Positions 16,227 to 27,830 of a DNA stretch of 64,000 bases are shown here, one piece after another. The notes under the pieces are model-generated. The model did no database searches. It had not been told where the DNA came from and saw only the letters and a list, made by a program, of their open reading frames with translations. The stretch lies in the NCBI GenBank assembly GCA_951406725.2, contig OX597819.1, positions 16,864,001 to 16,928,000 of the forward strand, written 5' to 3'. The stretch comes from Octopus vulgaris (Eukaryota). Both the position numbers and the translations under genes were made by a program. How positions within the stretch are numbered: position 1 is the first letter of the stretch; every line of letters begins with the position of its first letter.

Positions 16227-17332
16227 ATTTTTGTAAAAAATGTCCAAACACTACGGCTAAACTAAAAATCCTACGTCGTTCACGATTTCTTCTTCTTCTC
16301 TGTCTGTCTGTCTGTCTGTCGGTCGGTTGGTCGGTCGGTCGGTTGGTCGGTCGGTCGGTCGGTCGGCCTGTCTGCCTGCCTGCCTGCCTGCCTGCCAGTC
16401 TGCCTGTCTGTCAGTCAGTCTGTCTGTCTGTCCTCTCTTGCAAGCGCACGTGGGGGCCGCTTAGACCGTTGAAAAAGCTGAGCTCAGTTTCACTCACTCA
16501 CTCACTCATTCACTTATTCACTCACTCACTTTACTGTCTTACATCTTAACTCTCACCCTGCTACTCTCTCTACTCTCGCTCTCCCTTTTTTCTCTGTCCC
16601 CCTCTCTCTTCTTCTTCTCTCTCTCTCTCTTTCCACACACACACATACACGCACAATACTACTACTAGCTTTTACTACAGCTTTACGTTGGAGGAGGAGA
16701 AGCAGAAGGAGGAGGAGGAGGAGTTAGCTTCTGCTCTATCTTCCTGACTATCACGCACACACACACACACTGACAGCCAATACAGATAGTCTCTCTCTCT
16801 TTCTCTGTCTTTCTCTGTCTTTCTCTGCCTCTATCTCTCTCTCCTCATTTGTCTCTCTATATCTCTCCCAAGCTCTCCCTTTCTATTTACCTAGCCAACT
16901 ATATATATCTATATATCTATATATATATATATATATCGATCTTTCTTTATATCTCTGTTCTTCTGCCTTGCTTTTACCTTGCTCTGCATCTTTCCTCCCT
17001 CTCTCCTACGACCTTTCTTACTCTCGTCTTGTCTTATCACTGCTTTTCTTTCTGTTCTTTATCTCAATTTCTCCGTTGCTATTTACCTCACAACATCTCT
17101 CTCTCTCTCTCACTCTCTCTCTCTCTCTCACTCTCTCTCTCTCTCTCTCACTCACTCACTCTTTTCTTCTTCATTAAGTCTTTCTATTTGATTTATTCAA
17201 TCAATCTCTTTCTCTCTTCCTTTCTCATTTTATCTTTTTCCCACCATCTTTATGTCAGTCTCTATCGTTTACTTTCACCGAATTTTTACCTTTCGCACAC
17301 ATGCGCGCGCGCGCACATTCATACACACTAAC

Positions 17333-17368
<36 letters not shown>

Positions 17369-17699
17369 GTCATTCAAAGGAAATACGTTTCTCTTCTCTC
17401 ATTCAAATACTCAAATTCCTTACCTTTCTATCCCATCATTCCTCCCTCTCTCTGTCACTTTCGCTTCCCCTCTATTTGTTTCTTACTCTTTTTCTCCTTT
17501 TCTCCTACCTTCTCGCAACCACCCACCCGCATATACACATACACACCTGCCATCCTTCCAACTGCTTCTTTCTCTCTTTTCCTTTGCACTCTTTCTCTCT
17601 CTCTGTTCTTGTTCGCACTCCGTTTCTCTTTGCTTCCTTCCGTCTGCCTCATCCTTCGCCTCCTCATTCCCTCCTCCGCCACCTCCTCCCACTATGTAC

Positions 17700-17830
17700 G
17701 CGTCTTGATTGACAGCAATGCCCAGCGAAATCATTGGTTGGAAACGCTTGTCGTCATGGCAACTGATGTCAGTTTATGTTGACGTCATCAGCGGGCTAAA
17801 AACGCGCACCTGCCGCCACGCCCAACGATT
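17700..17830. promoter_or_regulatory. Candidate Musashi promoter/enhancer motif cluster
   Basis: TGATTGACAG (17706-17715, PBX-MEIS/PREP decamer), ATTGG (17733-17737, CCAAT box), GTCGTCATGGCAAC (17750-17763, 12/14 to RFX X-box GTTGCCATGGCAAC), TGATGTCA (17764-17771), TGACGTCA (17780-17787, perfect CRE). CpG-rich unique block between microsatellites. Confidence 0.6.
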
Positions 17831-17934
17831 TTTCTCAAAGCGCACTGAAAACAATCTTCAACAGCAGCAGCAGCGGCAGCAGACTGACAACTGTGACTGC
17901 GGTTTTGGCTGTTGGCGGCGGCGGCTGGGTTTAC

Positions 17935-17994
<60 letters not shown>

Positions 17995-18209
17995 GAGAAA
18001 AAGGGAGAGAGAGACGGAATGGGAGATAGAGCATGTGTATGTGTGTGCGTGCGTGAGTGAAAGAGGCAAATATGCATCTGCATCTCTCTCTACATACACA
18101 TCATCTTAAACATGTGTGTGTTTATATATGTATATATTTTGTGGATATAAGTGTATATATATATATATAATATATATGTATATATACATACATATATAGT
18201 ATGTATATC

Positions 18210-18315
<106 letters not shown>

Positions 18316-18825
18316 CATATATGCGTATTGTGTGTTTGTTCAAACGTATACACTCACAGGTAGTCTGCGTTATTTCAATCGTTATTACCTCTACTAGGAC
18401 GTACATCAACTATGTCATCAACAGGACCATTTGAAGTCACTCACCAACACAGTCCAATTTATGTTTTATTGACATGCTGTCTTTACCTCTTTTAACAATA
18501 CTATAACAGCCTGTGTTCTTCGAAGCTGGTGGGTTTAGTACTCCAACTACATTAGTATTCCTTCCTGATTTTCAGCATCGGTTTTGTCTATATACTCATC
18601 ATCTTCACCACCCCACGCACTAATCACCTGGCGCAGTCCTTTAGCTCTGGTATTTCCATTCCTGCCCATGGATTTCTGCAAATGTTCAAAAAAAAAAAAA
18701 AAAAGGTCATCATTAATTAACTCTCACAGATTTCACCAGTCTCGATTATCAAGTGGGCTTGTCCTCTTCTTCTTTACCCAAGCCAAATGAAATGAAAAGA
18801 AAAGACAAAACAAGATATGAACTTT

Positions 18826-18870
<45 letters not shown>

Positions 18871-19248
18871 GTCGTCGTCGTCGTCGTTGTCGTCGTCGTT
18901 GTCGTCGTCGTTGTCGTCGCCATCGTTGTCGTCGTCACCATCACCACCCCACCACCACCACCACCACCTAATATCATCATCATCATGATCACCAACATAA
19001 TCACCTAATTTCGCGGGACGGTTGCTTGGTAGTTAGAAGTGATACAGGACTCGAACCCTCACGCTTGTTATAAATGTTAGGTCTTATCTTCACCGAGAAT
19101 CTCAGATTGTAAACTCATATCCTCAACATGGCAATCCTAGAGCACAAGAATAAATAAACTTGCTTCTCTATTCAGGGTCACAAATACTTCACTTCAGTTC
19201 CCTACAGTCACTAAGTCTCAACAAAGATCTGTTGAGGCCAACAACATC

Positions 19249-19370
<122 letters not shown>

Positions 19371-19599
19371 TAGATTGTATTAATGGGGAAGCCATCATAC
19401 TGACTGGCTTAAAGCGGCGCATTGTCAGTGTAGTTCTAGCTCTCAGCGCTCTGCGTTCAAATTCCACTGCGGCTAACTTTGCTTTTCATCCTTTCGGGCT
19501 CGACAAATATAGTTCTAGTGTAGTACAGGGGTCTATTTTTCTGCTTTCTGTTTCTGCCATTCTCTCTGGCTCTCTTTTACTCTGATAGAAATCGGCTGT

Positions 19600-19970
19600 G
19601 TTTAGCGCTGGAGATGGATGGGCTCCGCTTGGTTCAAATGCCCAAACACACCGTAAGTTATAACACCGTCCCTACGTCTCCACTAGGGGCCAAGGGTTCA
19701 ATGAAGGAAGGCATACAACAACAGATACTAATCGCTAGTCCATAGTCGTATGTCCCATCTCTTTCTACTACAGCTACAGAGATCTCTGTTTCTTAGAGCT
19801 GGCTGGTGTCAATCCATTTCGTCTTAGATCCTCTTTATTCACTTGTCTCTCCTGCCTATGTTGTGAAACCTTCTTCCCATTTCATGTCCGATGGAATTCC
19901 CTCTCCATACTGCATGTTTCTCCAGTCTTTGACTTGCAGATGTTCAAGAGGAATGTTAACGCTACCACTG
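19600..19970 (+). mobile_element. Decayed CR1/Jockey-like LINE 3' coding fragment
   Basis: SLFYYSYRDLCFLELAG and WNSL...VSPVFDLQMFKRNVN resemble the C-terminal motifs of these LINEs. Confidence 0.5.
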
Positions 19971-20579
19971 TCAGCAGTGTTCGAGGATTTGCAAAGGCTT
20001 TGAGCTTGACTCCTTTCTACTGACCAAATGCTCAAAATAAATATTTAAGTATAAAAGGAGAAAATGAAAGTGAATACTCAACGTTACGGAAAGAGCGGGA
20101 AAGAAAACGATGAAGGACGAAGTTCAAGCTAGAGGGAGAAATATAAAAGTTTTGGTAAGTGATGGAAATATCATTATTCAGCCCCAGATTAACCCTGATC
20201 CAGCAAATTTATGATCAGAGATGTTCATTCGGTTATCAAATTTGTAGATGTGGAATTGACTGGAGCAACAGAAAGTCGGACAAAATGCTGTTCGGCTTTT
20301 ATGTCTACTACCTGCAGGCTGAATTCAAATCCGGCCGATGTCAATGTCACCTTTTGTCCTTCCAGGCTCAATAAATAAAATAACAGACATAGGTAGTGAA
20401 CAAGTCATGGGCCTTTAAGTTTTGAGTTCAAATCCTGCTCTGGCCTTCGGGTAGTGGGGAAAACCTAATCCGTCTCCAGATTTAACACCACCACCTGATT
20501 CATGCATAATAATTAACAATGATTCACCACCACCACCTCTTCTTCTTCTTCTTCTTCTTCTTCTTCTTCTTCTTCTTCA

Positions 20580-20790
20580 AATTTTGGCACAGGGCTAGCA
20601 AGTTTGGGGAAAGGGGCTAAGTCGATTACATTGATCCCAGTGTTGAAGTGGTACTTATTTTATCGACCCCCTAAAGGATGAAAGCCAAAGTTGACCTCAG
20701 CGGAATTTGAACTCAGAATGTAGGGACGGGCGAAATATTGCTAAGCATTTGGCCCAACATGCTAACGATTCAGCTAGCTCGCAGCCTTCA
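20580..20790 (-). mobile_element. SINE family 1 copy, third tail type ending in (GAA)n
   Basis: Core and tRNA head on the minus strand; tail ...GCCCTGTGCCAAAATTTGAAGAAGAAG. Confidence 0.8.
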
Positions 20791-21320
20791 AATGATATAA
20801 AATAATGACAGTGTATCTAAGATAACATTATCCAATATATCATTCCCTGGAAAAGAAGAACAAAAGAAAAAGAAAAAAAAGCAGGTAGTTGTGATTTGAT
20901 AAGTTCGGCTACTATTTAATAACAGGTCACGTGACTATGCAGAGGTGCTCTTGTTCAGTGCCGTTTTAATGCATGGTAACACTAGGGTCCCGTCGGCTCT
21001 AGGGGACCTAATGCTAGTTTTTAGATATTGTGGTCACAGTTTGTTTTTGTTTTGCTCGAGAGCCTGTAATGGTGTTAAAACATCCCTACTCTGGCTGATT
21101 GGTGACTAGAGGGAGAGAAAGAGAGAGAGAGAGAGAGGGGGTAGGAAAGGATAGATTAAAAGGGTGAGAATGGGAGGGATCGAGTGAGATGTAGACTTGG
21201 ATAGGTGAGTGCTAAAGAATGGGACAACTATAGATTCTTCAATAAAGGTTGCTAAGTCGGAAAGTGGGTAAGTAGTTAGTCGGTCAGTCAGTCAGTCAGT
21301 CAGTTAGTTAGTTAGTTAGA

Positions 21321-21836
21321 TATGCTTCTTTATTAGCCACACAGACGGGACAGGTTACAAAGTAGAGTTTTTTGGGGGGAGGGCGGGGAGAAAAAAAAAG
21401 GTGGGGTATTTTTTCGATCAAAAGGGATCGTAAAAGGGAAAGAAAAACAAAAAAAAAAAAGAAAAGAAACAAAAGAAAAAAAACAAAAAAAACAATGAAT
21501 AGGGATCGTGTATCACAGTGTCATGATGTAGGATGTAAAGGGGGAAGCAGATAAGGTTTATCCGTGGGAAGAAAAGCCTACGGAAAAGACCACGGTAACC
21601 TCGGTCGATATTGTTACATGTTACCACATTTGTTTGCAAGTAGGTAACCCTCTGTTTTAAATTTCCGGGTTCATAGGATTATGCTCAAGGTGGCTTCGTT
21701 ATTCATACGTGCCATCCTTGCTACATTCACCCATCTTTTTTTAAAACATTCGCTAGACAAAACTTGCCTCTCCTCTCTCACTTTCCTTTTCAAGTGATAC
21801 TTGAAGAAGTTGATGAGAGATTGACCACAGAGGGTA
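21321..21836 (-). mobile_element. 5'-truncated LINE 3' end, probably Tx1/L1 clade
   Basis: ORF2-like C-terminus (FFKYHLKRKVREERQVLSSECFKKRWVNVARM, stop at 21671), about 350-nt 3'UTR ending CTAATAAAGAAGCATATCT. Flanked by (TATC)-type arrays. Clade assignment is from recalled similarity. Confidence 0.6.
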
Positions 21837-21863
21837 GATAGACAGACAGACAAACAGACAGAC

Positions 21864-21938
<75 letters not shown>

Positions 21939-22082
21939 TATTTATTTAGGTAGGTTTGTACGTTTGTAGGTAGGTAGATAAGATAGAAAGCTAGATAGGA
22001 CAAAATGAAAGAAAAATATATGGCTAGATAGATAGATAAGTAGAATGATGTAGCTAGGTGGAGATGGGAGTGTGTCTGTCCT

Positions 22083-22221
<139 letters not shown>

Positions 22222-22222
22222 G

Positions 22223-22253
<31 letters not shown>

Positions 22254-23233
22254 GTCTATCTATGCAGGTAGATACATATGATGGTATATAATTGAATTGA
22301 GACAGATTGACAGACATACAGACAGGTAGATAGATAGATAGATATGTAGGTGGATAGGTAGGTTGTTAGGTTGGTAGATAGGTTATTAAATAGGTAGATA
22401 GGTATGTATGTAGGTAGGTTGGTTAGAAAGTAGGTAGGTCGAGTTAGCAACGAGGAAGATAGCCTTCAGTTGCTGGAACAAAATTAGCAACGATAAAGAT
22501 AAGAGATGAAACTAGAAGCGACAAGACAGGTAGAGAGAGAGAGCGAGAGAGAGAGAGAGAGAGAAAGAGAGAGAATGAGAGAGAGAGAGAGGGATGGGGG
22601 AGAGAGAGAGAGAGGGTAATGGGAGACTTGAAAAGGGATAATGCTTTTAACCAAAGAGACTTACATCGTTGTAATTATATTTCTCCCTCTCTTTTGCTCT
22701 CTCTCTCTCCCCCTCTCTCTTTCTCATCTACTCGGTACTTCTCACCTAGTCCAACTAACTATGTTGGTTTATTCTATGCACTCCAATGTTACTTCGCTAC
22801 TGGAGCTGGACACTCACTCACTCTCTCCCACACAAACACACACACACATAGGCGCACACACACACACACAGACTTGCGCGCGCACACACACTCATTCGCT
22901 TGCGCACTTGTTGGACTAAATACCTACCTATCTGCCTACCTACATACCTATCTATCTACCAGCCTACCTACCTACCTACCTATCTATCTATCTACCTACC
23001 TATCTATCTACCTACCTACCTACCTACCTACCTACCTACCTACCTACCTACATACATACATACACACACATATGCACACATAAATATACATACATTCAAA
23101 CATAAATGTGCATGTACGCTTATATAGGTATGTACATATGTATATGTCTATATAATCCATACACACACACACATATATGTATGTATATTTATCAATCTAT
23201 CTATCTAGCTATCTACCTACCTAGCTACCTACA

Positions 23234-23332
<99 letters not shown>

Positions 23333-24123
23333 TTAATCTGTCAGTTTGTATATTAGTGGGTATCGTAGTGCGCTTGCAAATGTAGCGCATGGCAAATACT
23401 ACGATCAAGGTAAAAGAAAACTCATTAGATTCAGGATAAATATTTAATAATTAAGAGTAATGCTTAGCTTCTGTTTGGAGTAATGAATTACTCAGAGTTT
23501 TATGTATTTCTCCCTGTCTCGGACGTTCCCCAGCTCTGAATTGCTGTTGAACTGGACGGAGATTGGAAGCTTGGGACTAGATAACGAGATGCTGTAAGCT
23601 GAAGCTTTAATTACTGCATATCGAAGAATAAGTGCGCGCATGTGTTTATGTTTGCATGTATGTGTGTGTGTGCGCGCGCAAAAGTATCAATATCTATCTA
23701 TCTATCTATCTATCTGTCCATCCATAATATATACATGCAAGCATGCATACATATGCATACATGCTATGAATTCATATTCATCCCAATAAGAATTGGTGCA
23801 CTAGGTTTTGTTAGTAAATGCTTAAAGTAGAATCTGGAAAAATTGGGATTTCAGAAAGAGAAATCGACCGGCTAATTCTTACATTACAAGTGCAATCTGT
23901 AAGTGGGACAGTAAAAATATGTAAGACTTTTCTCAAGTTCCAAATGTGAATTTGCCTGTGTCAACCACGTCCCAAAGATGGAGCCTTGTATCTTTGTTGG
24001 AAGATTTATAATAGTTAAAAAATAGAAGAGACACATACACACCACCTGCGTTACGTCTAGCCTTTTACCACTCCAATAACATCTTCCACTTTGCCCTTGC
24101 CGGCTCATGTGCTTTTTTCCTCA

Positions 24124-24520
24124 AGGCGGCGAGCTGGCAGAAACGTTAACTCGCCGAGCGAAATGCTTTGCGGTATTTCGTCCGCCGCTGCGATCTGAGT
24201 TCAAATTCCGCCGAGGTCGACTTTGCCTTTCATCCTTTCGGGGTCGATAAATTAAGTACCAGTTACGCACTGGAGTCGATGTAATCGACTTAATCCGTTT
24301 GTCTGTCCTTGTTTGTCCCCTCTGTGTTTAGCCCCTTGTGGGTAGTAAAGAAATAGGTATTTCGTTTGTCTTTACGTTCTGAGTTCAAATTCCATCGAGG
24401 CCGACTTTGCCTTTCATCCTTTCGGAGTCGATAAATTAAGTATCAGTTGCGTACTGGGGTCGATCTAATCGACTGGCCCCTCCTCCAAAATTTCCGGCCT
24501 TGTGAGTAGAAAGGAATATA
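24124..24520 (+). mobile_element. Dimeric tRNA-derived SINE (family 1) with 11-bp TSD
   Basis: A box TGGCAGAAACG, B box GAGTTCAAATTCC, core GCCTTTCATCCTTTCGGGGTCGATAAATTAAGTACCAG present twice. TTTTTTCCTCA at 24113-24123 and 24521-24531. Confidence 0.9.
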
Positions 24521-24966
24521 TTTTTTCCTCATACTCGCACTCGATCTCATCTACTGTCATGTCCACTTCCAGATACAGATACACTCTTACATTTGTATTT
24601 ATACACCCAACTTTTCCTCTCTTCTTAACACACCGTAGGTTAGCATTCCCATCTGGTTTGTTATCATTGATATGTTTTATTATTGACTATTTCTCTTTCT
24701 CTCCCGTTCTTCGGATGAAAGACTTACGCCCTAAAGGTCGAGATGATATCTCTTTCCATTTAAGCGTTAATCATTAAAAAAGGACAACACAAGAACAAAG
24801 TTTGACAAATATGGCATTATATTTGTCGAAGTTTGTTCTTGTACTTTTTAATGATTATTGGATCCATCATCATCATCATCATCATTTTATATATATATAT
24901 ATATATATATGCGTTTATATATTCGTTTTGCCAGATTCTTGATGCGAATTCGTGTGTTGAAACATA

Positions 24967-25280
24967 TATTGTTGTATTTGGGGATGGTTATGTTGCCAGT
25001 TTAGCCAATGAAAACACATGTACTATATATTTGGTGTTCACTTGCTTCAGGTTTATTTTATATTAATTGTATTTCGGCTGATCGTTAGTAAGGAAAGACA
25101 TACAAAAAAAGAAAGAAGAAAGCAAAGGACCACTGATGAGGTCACAGAAGTGTGACGAAAGAACTCTGGCCGAAATACAATTAATATAAAATAAAGCTGA
25201 AGCAAGTGAACAGCAAATATACAGTGCGTGTGTTTTTATTGGATAAACTGGCAACGTGACCAACACCAAATACTACAATA
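24967..25280 (+). mobile_element. Penelope-like terminal unit: inverted ~112-bp arms with a hammerhead between them
   Basis: 24967-25078 is an imperfect reverse complement of 25169-25280. Hammerhead immediately before the right arm; ends in (CA)n/(TA)n. Inverted pLTRs and hammerheads are established traits of Penelope-like elements. Confidence 0.55.
25130..25169 (+). ncRNA. Minimal type-I hammerhead ribozyme motif
   Basis: CCA-CTGATGA-G-GTCACA(GAAG)TGTGAC-GAAA-GAAC-TC-TGG: stem I CCA/TGG, intact core, 6-bp stem II, minimal stem III, CUC cleavage triplet (cut after 25166). Confidence 0.7.
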
Positions 25281-25328
25281 CACACACACACACATACATG
25301 TATGTATGTGTATATATATATATATATC

Positions 25329-25509
25329 TTTTACTCTTTTACATATTTCAGTCATTTGACTGCTGCTCTGCTGGATCACCGTCTGTTGCCGAAGAAATCA
25401 ACTCCTAGTACTTATTCTATCGGTCTCTTTTGCCAGCGATGGTGGGGGGTATAAACACAGACTCAAAGACACACACACATGTAAATATATATACATACAT
25501 ACATACATG

Positions 25510-25563
<54 letters not shown>

Positions 25564-25692
25564 ACGGGATTCTTTCAGTTTCTGTCTACCAAATCCACTC
25601 ACAAGGCTTTGGTCGGCCCGAGGTTATAGCTGAAGACACTTGCCCAAGGTGCCACGCAGTGGGACTGAACCCGGAGTCTTGTGGTTGGCTAG
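25329..25692 (-). mobile_element. tRNA-SINE family 2 abutting the Tc1 left end
   Basis: GACACTTGCCCAAGGTGCCACGCAGTGGGACTGAACCCGG head/core and internal (CA)n. Confidence 0.85.
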
Positions 25693-26805
25693 CAAAAAAA
25701 GAGAATGATTAATACATTTTTTAAATGTTGGAAAAGCTGGTGAATGTGCAGATTCGTAACTGGTTTCGTAAACACGGTAAACAATTAGCTAAATTCTCTA
25801 AAAAATCTAAGTTTGTACAACGGTCTTAATAAAAGTTAATAATACTAACACTAGTTTCATCCAATTGTCTCATGTTCAAAATAAGAGAACGATTAGATTC
25901 CTTCAGAAATTTCTGGAAATTTTAAACATTTTTTGCATTTGCAGGCTCAACGTTACTACCGTCTCAGTATTGTGCTAGATTCCGAACATGGCACACCACG
26001 ATAATTTGGATTAAAGACTTGTCCCTCGGCAACGAAATCTATCATCAGCCAAAAGAACAAATTGGAAAGACTTTCATTTGCAGAAGCCCATGCGAACTGG
26101 AAGGATGAAAATTGGTCAAAAGTTCATTTTAGCGATGAAAGCAAATTCAACGTATCTATTTGAATTTGGTTAAACAGCATGTGATCCCATCATTACGAGC
26201 ATCTCCGAATCAACCGTGCATTTTCCTGCAAGACAACACCTCTTGGCATACTGCAAAGCGTGCCACTGGTTTCTTTAGTGAACAAAATATCCAAGTAATA
26301 AAGTGGCCAGCACAAAGTCCAGACTTAAATCCATTTGAAAACCTTTGGAAAATACTTGGAGACAAAGTAACACAAAAGGTACCAACTACTACGACGAATT
26401 TATGGGAGATATTAGAAGAGGAATGGAAGAAAGTAACACCTGTCTTGTGCAGGGAACTTGTTATGTTCTGTGGTAATCGATGTGCAGAGGTGATCTCCAA
26501 CAAAGGTCTACAAACATCATACTAACTGTATTCACTTCCTATTTACGTTTCTTTCAATCATTTTTATGGTTTTGAGTTAATTGAAGCATTTTTTGGTTTG
26601 ATCGTTCTCTTATTTTACACGAGATATTTTGATGAAACTAGTATTTGTGTTATTAAATTTTATTCACACCATTGTACAAACTTAGATTTTTCACAGAATT
26701 TAGCAAAAGGTTAATCGTATTTACGAAACCAATTGCAAATTTGTACGTTTACTAGCTTTTCCGAAATTAAAAAAAATATGAATTGTTCCCCCTTTATGCT
26801 CGCTA

Positions 26806-26808
<3 letters not shown>
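25688..26808 (+). mobile_element. Tc1-family (DD34E) DNA transposon, internally deleted, long IR-DR-type TIRs
   Basis: Imperfect TIRs of about 210 bp (approx 25688-25895 and 26598-26808). Right end reads ...ACTG|TA into (TA)n. Transposase motifs WSKVHFSDESKFN, FLQDNTSWH and WPAQSPDLNPFENLW with 34 residues between D and E. Confidence 0.92.
26000..26525 (+). pseudogene. Tc1 transposase remnant
   Basis: Catalytic-domain fragments in two frames; the segment between FSDESKFN and YLNLVK is missing and no intact N-terminal DNA-binding domain is seen. Confidence 0.85.
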
Positions 26809-26879
<71 letters not shown>

Positions 26880-27429
26880 TGTGTGTGTGTGAGTGAGTGA
26901 GTGAAAGAGAAAAAGAGATAGAGAGAGTGAGAAGGTATAGAAAGGTTGAAACTTGTGTCTCTTATAAAATCAAATTCCTTGCACACCGATCAAACCTCGT
27001 TGGAGTCAACTTCGACTGGCACCATTCAAATACAGTAAAATAAGTACTTGTCAAGTTCTGTGCTTTCAGATTCGTCGTGTCTGAAATATTTGTGCGTTAA
27101 TGTTACTTTTTAGAAATAACAACCAAATGTTCTTCTCCAAATCATACTCCACCTTTTCACAATAGGAATCTTTGTGAAACAATCTAAAGTTTGGAGTATG
27201 TTCGGGAACAAGATGAGATCATCGTATTTAGAACATATCTGATCACAAGTCTATGCAAGGCTTACTTGGTTCTAAACAACACTGCATTATGAACATTAAT
27301 TATTTATTAATGATCATTAATTAATTACAGAAATGATCGTGGTACCGGAAGATTTGGGAATTGACCAGTTCAGACTCAGAATCAAGCCTAAGACATGAGA
27401 AACACAATTTGGATCGAGTGGCGCTAAAA

Positions 27430-27830
27430 GAGTAGCTTTTGCTATGTGCCTCGTAAGAAACATCATTGAGAGAGTAATGAAATTTCAACAAGTCTTTTTA
27501 TCTATGTCTCATCAATTACGCAGAAAGAATTTGATAGAATAAGTTATGAAGAAATCATTAAAATGCTGGAATATGGAATCTAGATGGAAGGAATTCAAGA
27601 AGAAACTGAAATATATATTGGTTACAAACAGTATAAGAAGATCAAGAGAGGGAAGTCACCAAGACCGTTTTCATTATATAGTGAAATAATCATGCGACCT
27701 ATTAAACATCTACCACATATACAGACAGAAGGACAAAGCATTAATAATGTCCATCATGCAAACAACGCAGTCCTTATAGCAACATCAGAAGAAGACCTAC
27801 AAATATTAGTACATTGAATAATGACTGTAA
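27430..27830 (+). mobile_element. Decayed RTE-like RT fragment
   Basis: SPRPFSLYSEIIMR...QSINNVHHANNAVLIATSEEDLQ resembles RT domains 4-5 (SPxLFNLYSE...NINNLRYADDTVLIA). Confidence 0.7.

Noticed and set aside
24124-24210. tRNA genes at SINE heads
   Set aside because: A/B boxes are present but there is no cloverleaf, and each is fused to SINE body sequence with TSDs.
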